Shown: positions 29,110 to 40,222 of the stretch, piece after piece | Position numbering within the stretch: position 1 is the stretch's first letter | Layout: each line of letters starts with the position of its first letter | Virus record (IMG/VR): IMGVR_UViG_3300025671_011049 | Coordinates: 1 to 47,554 of that record | Strand: one strand, 5' to 3' | Source of the DNA: a virus | Taxonomy: Duplodnaviria; Caudoviricetes | DNA length: 47,554 nucleotides | The notes under the pieces: model-generated | The model's input: only the letters and a program-made list of their open reading frames with translations | What the model was told of the DNA's origin: nothing | Databases searched by the model: none | Translations under genes and position numbers: made by a program

Positions 29110-30057
29110 ATGAAAGAATTTAACTTATCCAAGTGGAGACAATTTATAATTGAAGAAGCAGTAGTTGCTGATGGTAACTTCGGTAACGATATAGAAGATC
29201 GTTATGCTTATATTAGACCTTTAATGGCTGATCTCCCTGACAATGCTCGTACTGAATCTTTAATTGATGGAATGGAAGATGGGTTGAGAGAAGATGATAA
29301 AGAATTATTTGACTTCTACTTTGTAGAAGCAATGAAAATGTTGGGTTTAGAACATCAGTTAATGGATGATGGTGGGATTGAAGGTCCTGGAATTGAGGAC
29401 TTAACACCAGATCCAGCATTAGGTCCTAATCCTTCATTTGTTGAAGAGGGTGAAGATTCACTTATTAATCCTGAAGCAGAAGAAATTGATGCTGAGGACT
29501 TGGATGCTTCAGCTGACTACTTTGATAGCTTAGCAGAAGAAAAAGAAAAATTAGATGAAGTAGCAGCTGAATTAGTAGGACAATATGGAGCTGAAGCTGT
29601 TAATGGGCTTTATATGTTAGCAGGAATTTTAGGCCTCCCTATAGCAGCTGTTTTAGCATCTGTAGCTGATGGGACTGTAGATATAGATTTAAAAGGTACT
29701 CTTAAAGATTTATACAAATCAACAGGTGACAGTGTAAAAAGTAAAGCAAAATCTTTAGCTAAAGCATTAGGATTAGGTAGTGGTTCACCTGCAATGGGTG
29801 AAGGTAAAAAAACTAATGATGAAGTATTAGATGAAATAATTGGGGGAGGTGGATTTAAAGTAGGTGATTTTGTATATCTTAGAAATGATCCTAAAAAATC
29901 ACCAATGGAAGTAGTAGATATTCGTAGAATGTTTGGTAAAAACCTCCAAGCAATTTCTGTTGTAACAATACCTGATGGTGAAAAAATCGAATTCGACCAA
30001 TCTCAGTTAAAAAAACTCCCTTCAGCTGAAGAGAAAGCAAACGTATTTGTACGATGA
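29110..30057 (+). CDS. Acidic modular protein with capsid-targeting-like leader; C-terminal SH3-like module
   Basis: MKEFNLSKWRQFIIE; internal LDE linkers; FKVGDFVYL. Confidence 0.7.
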   Translation: MKEFNLSKWRQFIIEEAVVADGNFGNDIEDRYAYIRPLMADLPDNARTESLIDGMEDGLREDDKELFDFYFVEAMKMLGLEHQLMDDGGIEGPGIEDLTPDPALGPNPSFVEEGEDSLINPEAEEIDAEDLDASADYFDSLAEEKEKLDEVAAELVGQYGAEAVNGLYMLAGILGLPIAAVLASVADGTVDIDLKGTLKDLYKSTGDSVKSKAKSLAKALGLGSGSPAMGEGKKTNDEVLDEIIGGGGFKVGDFVYLRNDPKKSPMEVVDIRRMFGKNLQAISVVTIPDGEKIEFDQSQLKKLPSAEEKANVFVR

Positions 30058-30518
30058 AGGAATTTCAATTCGAAGGTAAGTGGAGAAAATTTGTAGTTGA
30101 GGGTATGCCCTCTTCTGAGGAAATACTACAAGATATAGTTAACGATTTAGAATCTAAATTAGGTGTATTAGTATTACCTGCTGGTTATAATCCCAAAAAT
30201 AATAAAGTAAATATCTACACCCAATCTAAGCCAGGAGATGAAAAGCCTTATGGAGATATGACCCAACGTATAACAGTATCATATGATGATGAAGGGGAAA
30301 TAGAATTAAATGCTATAATAGGTCATAGCAGATCAATGGATCGTATTGGTGAGCCTTATAATCGTACTAGAATGGCTGGGCAGGGTATTTGGATGCCTAG
30401 TGGGGGTAAGCCTGTAACAATAAATGATCTTAAATACTACGTTAAACAACTCCAACTTGGAAACGAAGAAGAAGCTCAAGCGGTAGCTGATTTCTATAAA
30501 GACAGGCAACCAGATTAA
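30054..30518 (+). CDS. Protein with capsid-targeting-like leader
   Basis: MKEFQFEGKWRKFVVE. Confidence 0.7.
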   Translation: MKEFQFEGKWRKFVVEGMPSSEEILQDIVNDLESKLGVLVLPAGYNPKNNKVNIYTQSKPGDEKPYGDMTQRITVSYDDEGEIELNAIIGHSRSMDRIGEPYNRTRMAGQGIWMPSGGKPVTINDLKYYVKQLQLGNEEEAQAVADFYKDRQPD

Positions 30519-30563
30519 CTAGTTAACTTGGAAAAGTAAAATATTATATTTATAATTAAAAAC

Positions 30564-31898
30564 ATGTTTATACCACACGAAGGACCCGGAACTTGGCAAT
30601 CGTTTCTAAAAAGAAAAGATAATGTAGGTCTCACTATTATGGAGGCAAGGCAAAAGTACCTCAAAGAACAGTTATTGTTTGAGAGTTATTTCCAAACCCT
30701 AAACACTACAAGTACAGTAAGCACCGCTGCAGCAGGAGCTGCAGGTGGCCCTGCACCTAGCACCGGAGGTGGTGGTGGTGGAGGTGGAGAATGGGATCTT
30801 GAATTTACCGTTGATACCAACTATAGCTATGCTGAAGCATGGGATGACGGCTATGGGGCAACAGTATCTCTACCCTCAACAGCAGTATGTATTTCTAACT
30901 CAGGAATTCCTGATTTCAGGATGACACTTACCCCCACCTCAGGAGGAGAAATTACAGTTGATTGGGGTGATGGAACTGTTGAAACTCTTTCAGAATATAA
31001 CTTTCAATGGAATTTGACTTTCTACCCATTTGGTTCTTTTAGACACGATTATGCTACTGATGGTCAATATCAGATAAAAATTAAGGGGCCTGGGGCTTCA
31101 ACAGTGAAATTTTTCTCAATTCCTGTAATTTCTATTGAAAAAATTGATCATACTACAATAGAATGGAATGGGTTGTTTGCAGCATCTCCTCCAACAGGTA
31201 TCCAAATTCCTTTACCTAATTGGGTTGCTAAACCCACAGATCATCTTAATGGAATGTTTGGACCCGTTGGAAACATGAATAATGCTACTAACGGTAAAGC
31301 TTCTGGTTTTAATGCAGATATTAGTACTTGGGATGTAAGTAATGTCACTCAGCTCAGATTTTTTAGTGCATATAATACCTATTTAAGTTCAGATCTTTCA
31401 AATTGGGATGTGAGTAACGTTAATCATTTAGGTGTCTTTGCAGCTAAGGCAAGTTTGGGGCAATTTACAGGATGGCAAAATTGGAATTTATCATCATTTA
31501 CAGGTCTTTCAAATACACTCAACAGAATAAGTGACACACCATCTCCTGCAACTGCTGGATACACATTACCCAACCGTGTTCCAGTAACTTCTTGGTTTGA
31601 TGGGTGGGTATTTGATCCAACTGTTACTAGCTTTTCTTTCACTGGTATGTTCGCAGAATCCTTGCTATCAGATGCTAGTGTTATAGGAGATTGGATTATT
31701 TCTATGGCTAATGATATTAATACTCCTGATAATTTAAGTTTAGATGGAAATAATCTTAGTTCTAATTTCCCTATATATTTATCTGCTAATCCTACAACTT
31801 TTGTTTATATTAGCAACTTAGGATTATCTTCAGACCCAGGTGTAAGTGCTGCTATCTCTACTTTACAAGGAAAAGGATGGACTATAACCAATTTATAA
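30564..31898 (+). CDS. Virion surface protein: shared N-terminal module, PKD-like domain, DUF285-type repeats
   Basis: ...KYLKEQLLFE...AAGAAGGP; VDWGDG..HDY; FNADISTWDVSNVT. Confidence 0.75.
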   Translation: MFIPHEGPGTWQSFLKRKDNVGLTIMEARQKYLKEQLLFESYFQTLNTTSTVSTAAAGAAGGPAPSTGGGGGGGGEWDLEFTVDTNYSYAEAWDDGYGATVSLPSTAVCISNSGIPDFRMTLTPTSGGEITVDWGDGTVETLSEYNFQWNLTFYPFGSFRHDYATDGQYQIKIKGPGASTVKFFSIPVISIEKIDHTTIEWNGLFAASPPTGIQIPLPNWVAKPTDHLNGMFGPVGNMNNATNGKASGFNADISTWDVSNVTQLRFFSAYNTYLSSDLSNWDVSNVNHLGVFAAKASLGQFTGWQNWNLSSFTGLSNTLNRISDTPSPATAGYTLPNRVPVTSWFDGWVFDPTVTSFSFTGMFAESLLSDASVIGDWIISMANDINTPDNLSLDGNNLSSNFPIYLSANPTTFVYISNLGLSSDPGVSAAISTLQGKGWTITNL

Positions 31899-31936
31899 TA
31901 AAACAATATTAAAAACATAACACATAAAATATAAAA

Positions 31937-32161
31937 ATGTCACATACCACAAACGCACCAAAAGATTGCTTTTATTTAGCACACAATGGAAGTACGGTAT
32001 TTCATTACGGTGAAATTGCTAATGGTACTCCAATTGCAACAGGTCAACCTACTTTAGAGTGGTTGGATACTAAAGAAGAATTGCAAGCCAGAGTAGAAGA
32101 ATTAGGAGGGACATTCAATTGGTCAGAGCCAGAAGAAGAAGTAACACCTCCAACACCCTAA
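31937..32161 (+). CDS. Small hypothetical protein (possible fibre accessory or chaperone)
   Basis: Lies between two repeat-protein genes. Confidence 0.65.
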   Translation: MSHTTNAPKDCFYLAHNGSTVFHYGEIANGTPIATGQPTLEWLDTKEELQARVEELGGTFNWSEPEEEVTPPTP

Positions 32162-32176
32162 AATTTAATCTAAAGC

Positions 32177-34045
32177 ATGTGGAAACCAATATATCAACCA
32201 GAACCTTGGCCCCAATTTCGTAAGAGAAAGGACATTGCTCCTCTTCCTTTGATGGAACAAAGGAAAAAATATATGCAGGAGCAAATCCTGTTCGAAAATT
32301 ATTTAAGTACCTTAAATACAGTTAATACCGTAAGTACTGTAGCAGCCGGAGCTGCAGGTGGTCCTGCTTCTTCTCCCACATCTCCTCCACCACAAATTAA
32401 AGTAAAAATTAATACTAATTTTAAGGCTACTGGAAGTGTATGGGATGGAGATGATGGGTATGGGGCATATCAAAATGATGTTCCATCAACTCAAGTATTA
32501 GTAGCTTTTACAGATAATAGCTTTTTTAATACAAGCCCAGATTATAATGGTGTACCTACTACCAATCCTGATTTTGTCCCACCTGCTCCTAGAACTCTTA
32601 CTATTGATTGGGGTGATGGAACTGTAGAAACCCCTACAGATTATGGTAAAGTACTTAATAGAGGATTTCAAGCTTATGTAAGAACTTTAAAACATGATTA
32701 TGCTGTAGATGGAGAGTATACTATTACTTTTACTGGAACTGCTACCCCTTGGGTAAGTTTTAGGTATTTACCTATAGTAGACATATTAGAATATGATCCA
32801 AGATATTTATCAAAACGTTATACGGGAGGAGTTGGATTATTTGGTCAAGTAAGTATTGATGGTTATTATTCCTATAATCCTTTCTCAAGTGCATTCTGGT
32901 CAGGTTATACAAATACTCCTACTGTAGATATTACTAAGTGGGATGTTAGTAATATCAATGCTTTCTTTGGAACATTTGCGGGTTCAGAACCTTCGTGGTA
33001 TAAAATATTAGGGATGACAGACCAAAATGCTGATGCTCCAACCGAGTTATTTAGGTTTAATGAGGATGTTAGTGGTTGGGATGTAAGCAATGCTAAATCA
33101 TTAATCTTAATGTTTGCGGGGCAGGGATACTTTTCTCAAAATCTAGGAAGCTGGGATACTAGTAATGCTCAAGAATTATATGGTAACTTCAAATTGTGTA
33201 CCCGTTTAATGAGTGGGGCTAGAGCTGATTTATGGGATGTAAGCTCAGTTTCAGGAGATACACTAGCTTTTGCTTCACAATTTACTGCTTTATTTGAAGG
33301 AGCTATGACAGACCCTTCAGTAGTAGGAAGTATGCCCCATGTAGGAAATTGGAGATTTGATGGATTCTCAGGGGGACAAACTGATTTCTTCCGAGATACA
33401 TTCAAAAATAGTGGATTTTCTCATACTGCTATTGGAGAAACCTTAATTGGATGGGCTTCTCAATCAGCTTTACCACTTAATATAGGTGTAGCTAGTAGTG
33501 CTTTCCAAAATACTTGGGACGGTTCAGGATTCAGCAACCCTTCGTATGATACAGGAAGTGTCTTTGGTCGAGAAGTAAAAGCTTCATATGACTTTTTAAC
33601 AGGGGTCCCCGCTGATGGTTCTACAACAACTTTGACAGTCGAAGCTTTACCTGGTAAAGGCGATCCAGTAAGATATGTTATTAATGGTTTTAATCTTGAC
33701 AACTCATCCCTTATAGATGATTTTACTTTCTTAATAGGAAATACTTATAGGTTTGATCAATCTTCTGTAGAAAATACAGGCTTCCCACTTAGATTTTCTA
33801 CTACTATAGATGGTATTCACGGAGGTGGCAATGAATATATTACAGGAGTAACTATTGTGGGTACACCGGGTACTTCAGGATCTTATAGTGAAATTACTAT
33901 AACTGAAAATACTGCTTCTCCTTTATATGTTTATTGTCCTAATCAAGCGGGGCTCGGGTTGGGGTTTTTCGGTACTACTCCACAACCCCTTACTATGAAT
34001 CAAGGGGGTAAAGGTTGGACAATACCTAACTTTACATTTAGTTAA
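32177..34045 (+). CDS. Virion surface protein: shared N-terminal module, PKD-like domain, DUF285 repeats, cupredoxin-like insert
   Basis: IDWGDG..HDY; FNEDVSGWDVSN; GNTYRFDQS...PLRFSTT...YVYC. Confidence 0.75.
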   Translation: MWKPIYQPEPWPQFRKRKDIAPLPLMEQRKKYMQEQILFENYLSTLNTVNTVSTVAAGAAGGPASSPTSPPPQIKVKINTNFKATGSVWDGDDGYGAYQNDVPSTQVLVAFTDNSFFNTSPDYNGVPTTNPDFVPPAPRTLTIDWGDGTVETPTDYGKVLNRGFQAYVRTLKHDYAVDGEYTITFTGTATPWVSFRYLPIVDILEYDPRYLSKRYTGGVGLFGQVSIDGYYSYNPFSSAFWSGYTNTPTVDITKWDVSNINAFFGTFAGSEPSWYKILGMTDQNADAPTELFRFNEDVSGWDVSNAKSLILMFAGQGYFSQNLGSWDTSNAQELYGNFKLCTRLMSGARADLWDVSSVSGDTLAFASQFTALFEGAMTDPSVVGSMPHVGNWRFDGFSGGQTDFFRDTFKNSGFSHTAIGETLIGWASQSALPLNIGVASSAFQNTWDGSGFSNPSYDTGSVFGREVKASYDFLTGVPADGSTTTLTVEALPGKGDPVRYVINGFNLDNSSLIDDFTFLIGNTYRFDQSSVENTGFPLRFSTTIDGIHGGGNEYITGVTIVGTPGTSGSYSEITITENTASPLYVYCPNQAGLGLGFFGTTPQPLTMNQGGKGWTIPNFTFS

Positions 34046-34072
34046 TATAAATAGATAGGAAAAAATAACACT

Positions 34073-37000
34073 ATGTGGAAACCAATATACCAACCCGAAC
34101 CTTGGTTTAAGTTTATTAAAAGAAAAGACATTAAAGGTCTTCCTTTGATGGAGCAAAGGAAGAAATACATGCAGGAGCAACTCCTGTTTGAGAACTACTT
34201 AAGCACTTTAAATACAGTTAACACTGTAAGTACCGCTGCAGCAGGAGCTGCAGGTGGTCCTTCTTCTTTACCTTCTTCAACCCCTTCTAGATATCTATTA
34301 GACAATATAAGTAAACCTCCCTTAGTTGCTGGAGGGTTAAGGGTTTTACTTTCAACTTATTCTGGTCCCTTAATAAGAGTACAGAGATCTCTTGATAATA
34401 CTGAACAAGATATAGGATTTGATCCCGTTTCTTTATCTTTAGATACTAGTTCTCTTTTAGAATTTGTAGGGACAGGTTCTTCGGATCGTGGTAAAGTAGT
34501 TACTATATATAACCAAACCCAAAATCAATATTCATATTGGTCATCTGAGTTTGGGGGTAGTGGAACATCAAGTTTAGATCTTGAAAATGTAACATCACAA
34601 CTTCCTCTTAACCCTCCCTATATAGTTGAGTCAGGAAGCGTTCTCTTAAATGAAAACAACCAACCTTACATAGATGGAACACAAGGAAAACACTTACAAT
34701 ATAGAAATATATCAGGTGATGGGGTTGTGGGGTATATTGGAGATGGAAATAACCCTGAAGATACTAATTATAAATCTTTATATTATGTAGGTCAAGTAGA
34801 TCCTACTTATAATTCTGAGTATCAATTTGGATTAAAATATGGAGTTGGGTATGTACTTGGGTTAAGAGGTATAAATTATAATACATTTGGTGCTGATCTT
34901 CAAGGTAGGGGTCGTGTTCGTGTTATTGGGGAGGCAGGCCAAGCTTTAGATCCTCCTAATTATTTCAAAGTAGATATTCCCTATTTTTCATTTGCTACAT
35001 TAGACAATGAAACTTCTACTTATAATGATGCTGTAGTATTTAATAATTCTAAATTTTTAAATCAAAGAGTAGTAGGTAAGCAGATGATAGGTAAAATTAT
35101 GGGAGACCCGGGCCCTGTTCCCCCAGCACCTCCTAATCCTGGTTTTTCAGGTGATAGAGCTGTAAACAGATTTTATGAATATGCTATATGGGAGGATAAC
35201 ATTACAGCTGAAGTAGATAAATTATATGATTTATTATCACCTTATTATAATATTCCTGATAATTCTGGGTATCTTCCTTTAAATGATTCTAGTTTTTCAT
35301 TAGCTATCAATGAATGGTTTTTGGGTGGGGGAAATCAAAATGTTGTTGAAGCTGTATACGGTCCCCTACCACAATGGAATACCACAGCTGTGACTAATAT
35401 GAGTGGAGCATTTGAAGAGAGAAGCACATTTAATGAAGACATTACTGGTTGGGATGTGAGCAATGTGACTGATATGAGTAGGATGTTTTTTAGTGCTTCT
35501 GCATTCAACCAAGATATTAGTGGTTGGAATATCTCAAATGTAGGAGATATGACAGATATGTTAACAAGTGCTTCAGCATTTACAACCCTTAAATATGATA
35601 ATCTCTTGATTGGATGGGCAAGTCAATCAGTACAACCTAATGTAGTATTTGGTGCATTTCCTGCTCAATACAACGCTGAAGCTTCCCGTGATGTGTTAAC
35701 AAGTGCCCCTAATAATTGGACAATTACAGATGGTGGGTTGATCCCACAAGCTTTAAATGATTCTAATTTCCAAACAGCAGTAAACCTTTGGTTTAGTGAT
35801 CAAGCTGCGGCAGAAGCTACTTATGGTTTTATCCAAAACTGGAATACTACAGCTGTAACTAATATGAGTCTAGCGTTTGAGAGTCGTACAACTTTCAATG
35901 AAGATATTACTGATTGGGATGTGAGTAACGTTACGAATATGGCAGGTATGTTCCGTGCTGCTACTGTCTTTAACCAGGACATCAGCAGTTGGGATGTAAG
36001 TAATGTGACAAGAATGGATAACATGTTTAATAGTGCAGGAGCATTCAATCAGGACATCAGTGGTTGGGATGTCAGCAGTGTGACTAATATGGCAGGTATG
36101 TTCTACTCTGCTCTTTCTTTTAACCAAGATATAGGGTCTTGGGATGTAAGTTCAGTCACGAACATGAATAGTATGTTCCGTGGGTTAACATCGTTCAATC
36201 AGAATCTTGGAGCATGGAATATAAGTGGGGTAACTACAATGATTTCAATGTTTGAAAATGTAACCCTTTCAACTTCTAATTATGATGCTCTTTTAATAGG
36301 ATGGTCAGCTCAATCTGTACAACCTAATGTAACATTTAATGGAGGAAATTCTAGATTCACAGCAACCTCATCACGTAATATACTAACAAATGCTCCTAAT
36401 AATTGGACAATTTCTGATGGAGGTGAAGCAGCAACTTTAGATAACAATAATTTCCAAACAGCAGTAGATCTTTGGTTTAGTAACCAAACTGAAGCTGAGA
36501 ATATTTATGGTCTTATTGGGGAATGGAATACTACAGCTGTAACTAATATGTTCAACGCATTTCAGGGTAGTTCAACATTTAATGAGGATATCAGTGGATG
36601 GGATGTGAGTAACGTTACGAATATGAGAGGTATGTTCAGTTTCACTGATGCATTTAACCAGGACATCAGCAGTTGGGATGTGAGTAATGTGACATTAATG
36701 GATAGCATGTTCAGTAGTGCTGATGCATTTAATCAGGACATTGGAAGCTGGGATGTGAGTAATGTGACGACTATGCAAAATATGTTCAATAATGCGGATG
36801 CATTCAATCAGGACATTGGAAGCTGGGATGTGAGCAGTGTAACAACTATGGAGCGCATGTTCTATAATAATGATGCATTCAACCAAGACATTAGCGGTTG
36901 GGATGTAAGCAGTGTGACGAGTATGGTCCAGATGTTCTCGAACGCTTCAGTTTTCAATCAGGACATTGGAGACTGGGATGTGAGCAGTGTGACGAATATG

Positions 37001-38356
37001 CAGGGTATGTTCGAGAGGGCATCTGCTTTTAATCAGGACCTCAGCAATTGGAATGTGGGTAATGTGACGAATATGACAAGCATGTTCAATTCAGCCGTAT
37101 TCAATCAGGACATTGGAAGCTGGAACGTGAGCAGTGTAACGACTATGAGCAGTATGTTCCTTTCATCCTCATTTGATCAAAATATAGGTGGTTGGAATAT
37201 TTCAAATGTTAGTAATATGTATAATATGTTCTTCCAAAGTACACTTTCAACAGCTAACTATGATGCTCTTTTGATTGGATGGGCAAGTCAATCAGTACAA
37301 CCTAATGTTGATTTTAATGCTGGTTCTTCTCAATATAGCTCAGGATCAGCAGAAATGTCACGTATTGCTTTAACAAGTGCCCCTAATAATTGGACAATTA
37401 CTGATGGAGGTGGGGGAAGTGGGATTATATATGATGGAAATTTCCAATCAGCAGTAAATCTTTGGTTTAGTGATCAAGCCGAAGCTGAAAGTTTATATGG
37501 CCTTATCGGAGATTGGGATACTTCACTTGTAACTGATATGACTGAAGCATTCCGTTTTCGTTCAACATTTAATGAGGATATCAGTGGATGGGATGTGAGT
37601 AACGTTACGACTATGAGAGGTATGTTCAAGGGAGCAACTTCATTCAATCAATCTATCAACAATTGGGATGTGAGCAGTGTGACGGATATGTATGAGTTAT
37701 TTTTTGGAGCCAATAATTTCAACCAACCAATTGATTCTTGGGATGTGAGTGCAGTGACTGATATGAACGGTATGTTCTACTCTGCAATTTCATTTAATCA
37801 ACCTCTAAACACATGGAATGTGAGTTCTGTAACAAGGATGGATAGAATGTTTGATAATGCTGATGCATTTAATCAACCTTTAAGTAATTGGGATGTGAGC
37901 TCAGTAACAAACATGAGGGATATGTTTAGAAATACAGCCATCTTTAATCAAGATATTAGCGGTTGGAATGTGAGTGCAGTGACAAACATGTCTAGAATGT
38001 TTAATAAGGCTTCAGCTTTTGATCAAAATATTTCTACTTGGAATGTTTCAAGCGTTACAAATATGTCTGAAATGTTTGATCAAGCTTTTGCTTTTGATCA
38101 AAATTTAGGTAGTTGGAATATAAGTAATGTAACAAATATGTTTGAAATGTTCCAATCAAAAACTGGAATATATGCTCTTTCAACAGCTAACTATGATGCT
38201 CTTTTGATTGGATGGGCAAGTCAATCAGTACAACCTAATGTTAATTTTAATGGAGGTGGTGCTTTATACAGCTCAGGAGCAGCAACAACAGCAAGAGGCA
38301 CATTAACAGGTACTCCTAATAACTGGACAATTACTGATGGAGGTCAAGCTCCATAA
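34073..38356 (+). CDS. Large BspA/DUF285 repeat surface protein (1427 aa) with a ConA/AbfB-like N-terminal domain
   Basis: [28 protein letters not shown]; many ~25-aa FNQDIxxWDVSxVTxMxxMF repeats in four capped blocks. Confidence 0.88.
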   Translation: MWKPIYQPEPWFKFIKRKDIKGLPLMEQRKKYMQEQLLFENYLSTLNTVNTVSTAAAGAAGGPSSLPSSTPSRYLLDNISKPPLVAGGLRVLLSTYSGPLIRVQRSLDNTEQDIGFDPVSLSLDTSSLLEFVGTGSSDRGKVVTIYNQTQNQYSYWSSEFGGSGTSSLDLENVTSQLPLNPPYIVESGSVLLNENNQPYIDGTQGKHLQYRNISGDGVVGYIGDGNNPEDTNYKSLYYVGQVDPTYNSEYQFGLKYGVGYVLGLRGINYNTFGADLQGRGRVRVIGEAGQALDPPNYFKVDIPYFSFATLDNETSTYNDAVVFNNSKFLNQRVVGKQMIGKIMGDPGPVPPAPPNPGFSGDRAVNRFYEYAIWEDNITAEVDKLYDLLSPYYNIPDNSGYLPLNDSSFSLAINEWFLGGGNQNVVEAVYGPLPQWNTTAVTNMSGAFEERSTFNEDITGWDVSNVTDMSRMFFSASAFNQDISGWNISNVGDMTDMLTSASAFTTLKYDNLLIGWASQSVQPNVVFGAFPAQYNAEASRDVLTSAPNNWTITDGGLIPQALNDSNFQTAVNLWFSDQAAAEATYGFIQNWNTTAVTNMSLAFESRTTFNEDITDWDVSNVTNMAGMFRAATVFNQDISSWDVSNVTRMDNMFNSAGAFNQDISGWDVSSVTNMAGMFYSALSFNQDIGSWDVSSVTNMNSMFRGLTSFNQNLGAWNISGVTTMISMFENVTLSTSNYDALLIGWSAQSVQPNVTFNGGNSRFTATSSRNILTNAPNNWTISDGGEAATLDNNNFQTAVDLWFSNQTEAENIYGLIGEWNTTAVTNMFNAFQGSSTFNEDISGWDVSNVTNMRGMFSFTDAFNQDISSWDVSNVTLMDSMFSSADAFNQDIGSWDVSNVTTMQNMFNNADAFNQDIGSWDVSSVTTMERMFYNNDAFNQDISGWDVSSVTSMVQMFSNASVFNQDIGDWDVSSVTNMQGMFERASAFNQDLSNWNVGNVTNMTSMFNSAVFNQDIGSWNVSSVTTMSSMFLSSSFDQNIGGWNISNVSNMYNMFFQSTLSTANYDALLIGWASQSVQPNVDFNAGSSQYSSGSAEMSRIALTSAPNNWTITDGGGGSGIIYDGNFQSAVNLWFSDQAEAESLYGLIGDWDTSLVTDMTEAFRFRSTFNEDISGWDVSNVTTMRGMFKGATSFNQSINNWDVSSVTDMYELFFGANNFNQPIDSWDVSAVTDMNGMFYSAISFNQPLNTWNVSSVTRMDRMFDNADAFNQPLSNWDVSSVTNMRDMFRNTAIFNQDISGWNVSAVTNMSRMFNKASAFDQNISTWNVSSVTNMSEMFDQAFAFDQNLGSWNISNVTNMFEMFQSKTGIYALSTANYDALLIGWASQSVQPNVNFNGGGALYSSGAATTARGTLTGTPNNWTITDGGQAP
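35278..38346 (+). repeat. Coding tandem repeats (~75-bp unit) nested in four larger modules
   Basis: Identical stretches include 36571-36620 = 37561-37610 and 37244-37309 = 38177-38242. Confidence 0.9.
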
Positions 38357-38389
38357 TGAACAATTAATTGTTCATAAAGAAAATGCGAG

Positions 38390-38416
38390 AGAGAGTGGGA
38401 TTCCCACTCTCTTTTT
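38390..38416 (+). terminator. Intrinsic terminator overlapping an early promoter
   Basis: AGAGAGTGGGA-T-TCCCACTCTCT followed by a T-run. Confidence 0.75.
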
Positions 38417-38425
38417 GTATCTTCA
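38394..38425 (+). promoter_or_regulatory. Early-type promoter (family copy)
   Basis: AGTGG-N17-TGTATCTTCA-TGGGGTAA. Confidence 0.7.
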
Positions 38426-38460
38426 TGGGGTAAGATTGAGAAATAAGAAAAACCCAATTA

Positions 38461-38655
38461 ATGATGTTAAAGTTTAAAAAAAGTGAGTTGTTTAAGTACA
38501 ATGGTTGTGATTATGTTATTAAATCACTTGCCTATAAATTACTTGAAACACGAGCTGGTCAGCGTGCTTATGACAGCGCATTGACAGTTAAACACCCAAT
38601 TAAAGGTGAAATGGTTCGAATCCCTCAGAATGTTAAATTTGAAACTGTAAAATAA
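38461..38655 (+). CDS. Hypothetical protein
   Basis: Follows the promoter and an AACCCAATTA leader. Confidence 0.7.
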   Translation: MMLKFKKSELFKYNGCDYVIKSLAYKLLETRAGQRAYDSALTVKHPIKGEMVRIPQNVKFETVK

Positions 38656-38855
38656 TGAAACAGATTCTTGCATATTTAGTTCTTACACTTGTTTGTGGTT
38701 ACATTACCTATGGTATTGGTAATTTTACATTGTTTCCTAATGTTGATGAACAAGTAGCTTTTGCGATGGCCATCTGCTCAACAAGTTTTATGTTGTTTGG
38801 AGTATTTGGTTTGATTGCTAATGTTGATGGTTTTATTAAATCTCTTAAGAAATAA
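38655..38855 (+). CDS. Small membrane protein
   Basis: Two hydrophobic segments. Confidence 0.65.
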   Translation: MKQILAYLVLTLVCGYITYGIGNFTLFPNVDEQVAFAMAICSTSFMLFGVFGLIANVDGFIKSLKK

Positions 38856-39070
38856 TGAAAGTTATTGATAAAGGTGGTTCTCATATCCACACAGACCAAG
38901 AAGGTGATGCTTATTTTTATGTTGGTGAAACCGTTTATTACATAAATGAGTTTATGATTGTGGAAGGAGGAAAACATGATGCTATTGCCTCGATTTCAAA
39001 CACAGGAGGTATTGGTATTAAAATTAATGATGCTGAAGAGTATGTTGATTATGAAATCTTTACAACATGA
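38855..39070 (+). CDS. Hypothetical protein
   Basis: TAATG coupling. Confidence 0.65.
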   Translation: MKVIDKGGSHIHTDQEGDAYFYVGETVYYINEFMIVEGGKHDAIASISNTGGIGIKINDAEEYVDYEIFTT

Positions 39071-39312
39071 AAAGACATTATGAATTGCTCCAAGTAGGGG
39101 ATGCAGATGTAGTTGCTGAAGGTAAGTGTATCTACACAGGTGAGGTTTACCGCACTGCTCCTTTTAATGAGTTAGGTTGGCAAAGTTGGCGTTACTTGAG
39201 GATCCCAATTCAAGATGCCTTACCAGAACTTGAAGCTCACGATAGGGAGTTTTTGATGAGTGGTTTTTCACCTATAGGGTGGGAGGAATTTTACGGAACA
39301 GACGACGAATAA
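39067..39312 (+). CDS. Hypothetical protein
   Basis: IQDALPEL...REFLMSG..P..W pattern; coupled to neighbours. Confidence 0.65.
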   Translation: MKRHYELLQVGDADVVAEGKCIYTGEVYRTAPFNELGWQSWRYLRIPIQDALPELEAHDREFLMSGFSPIGWEEFYGTDDE

Positions 39313-39593
39313 TGGACGGATTATTAGTAGGATTAGGTGTAAGTTTATTTCTTACATTCATAAATGTATGTTTTATTTGGTACTCAAAGCGAATATCAGG
39401 GGCTTCAGCAGTAGCTATTGTTCAAGCAGGAATGCTTGTTAAGTTTATGTTGGGAGCCATAATTTCCTTTTGTATCATTAAATTAGTTGATATTAATCTG
39501 TGGGCTTATGCGTTAACGTTAGGAATGTTTGTATGTATAGCGTTTCCAATTACAGCCTACATAATGACTCAAAATGATGAAAAAACTATTTGA
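39312..39593 (+). CDS. Membrane protein
   Basis: About three TM segments; ATG 39312. Confidence 0.65.
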   Translation: MDGLLVGLGVSLFLTFINVCFIWYSKRISGASAVAIVQAGMLVKFMLGAIISFCIIKLVDINLWAYALTLGMFVCIAFPITAYIMTQNDEKTI

Positions 39594-39734
39594 CATGTAC
39601 AACGAAGCCTCTCAACGAGTAGAGGATTTTATGTTTAAACACATTTTACCTGTTGTGTTTAAAACTATGTTGTTTGGAATGAGATTGACTTTATTGTGGG
39701 CAGTTTATTTATTGCTTACTGAAGTGGTTTTTGA

Positions 39735-39953
39735 ATGAAAATAGGTCAAACAATAAATTTTTATTTATTTGGCGCTCCAGTTGAAGGTGAAGTATACACC
39801 ATTGACAAAAAGGAAAAAACAGTAGGGGTAATTTATGAGGGATTTAAGTACCCCCATATGCGAACCTTTAAAAAATTACCCAAAAAGAGATCAGATAACC
39901 CTTCAAATAAATCATATGTACCGCCTTGGTATATTTTAAAAGGTAAAAAATGA
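39735..39953 (+). CDS. Hypothetical protein
   Basis: ORF track. Confidence 0.6.
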   Translation: MKIGQTINFYLFGAPVEGEVYTIDKKEKTVGVIYEGFKYPHMRTFKKLPKKRSDNPSNKSYVPPWYILKGKK

Positions 39954-40222
39954 AAAGAGGTAGACCAAAAGTTGATGACACACCACCACCTAGACAATAC
40001 ACTAGAGTGTTTGAATATGAAGATGGTACAACTGAAACTTGGCACTATAATTTAGATAAGTTTCCTAATGGACCGTTCAAGGTGGAAATGAAACACTCCA
40101 CGAGTCATATGAGTTTTGAGGATAAAAACGCTTTACTACCAAAAACTCAACGTAAGTACTACAATCCTGAAAATGATAAGTACGTAGGTTATGGTAGAGC
40201 TAAACAATTAGGTTTAATATGA
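39950..40222 (+). CDS. Hypothetical protein with an AT-hook-like KRGRP start
   Basis: MKRGRPK. Confidence 0.6.
   Translation: MKRGRPKVDDTPPPRQYTRVFEYEDGTTETWHYNLDKFPNGPFKVEMKHSTSHMSFEDKNALLPKTQRKYYNPENDKYVGYGRAKQLGLI

Noticed and set aside
35278-38346. Regularly spaced repeats as a CRISPR array or DGR template/variable pair
   Set aside because: The repeats are in-frame coding units; there is no reverse transcriptase in the window and I saw no adenine-specific mismatch pattern.
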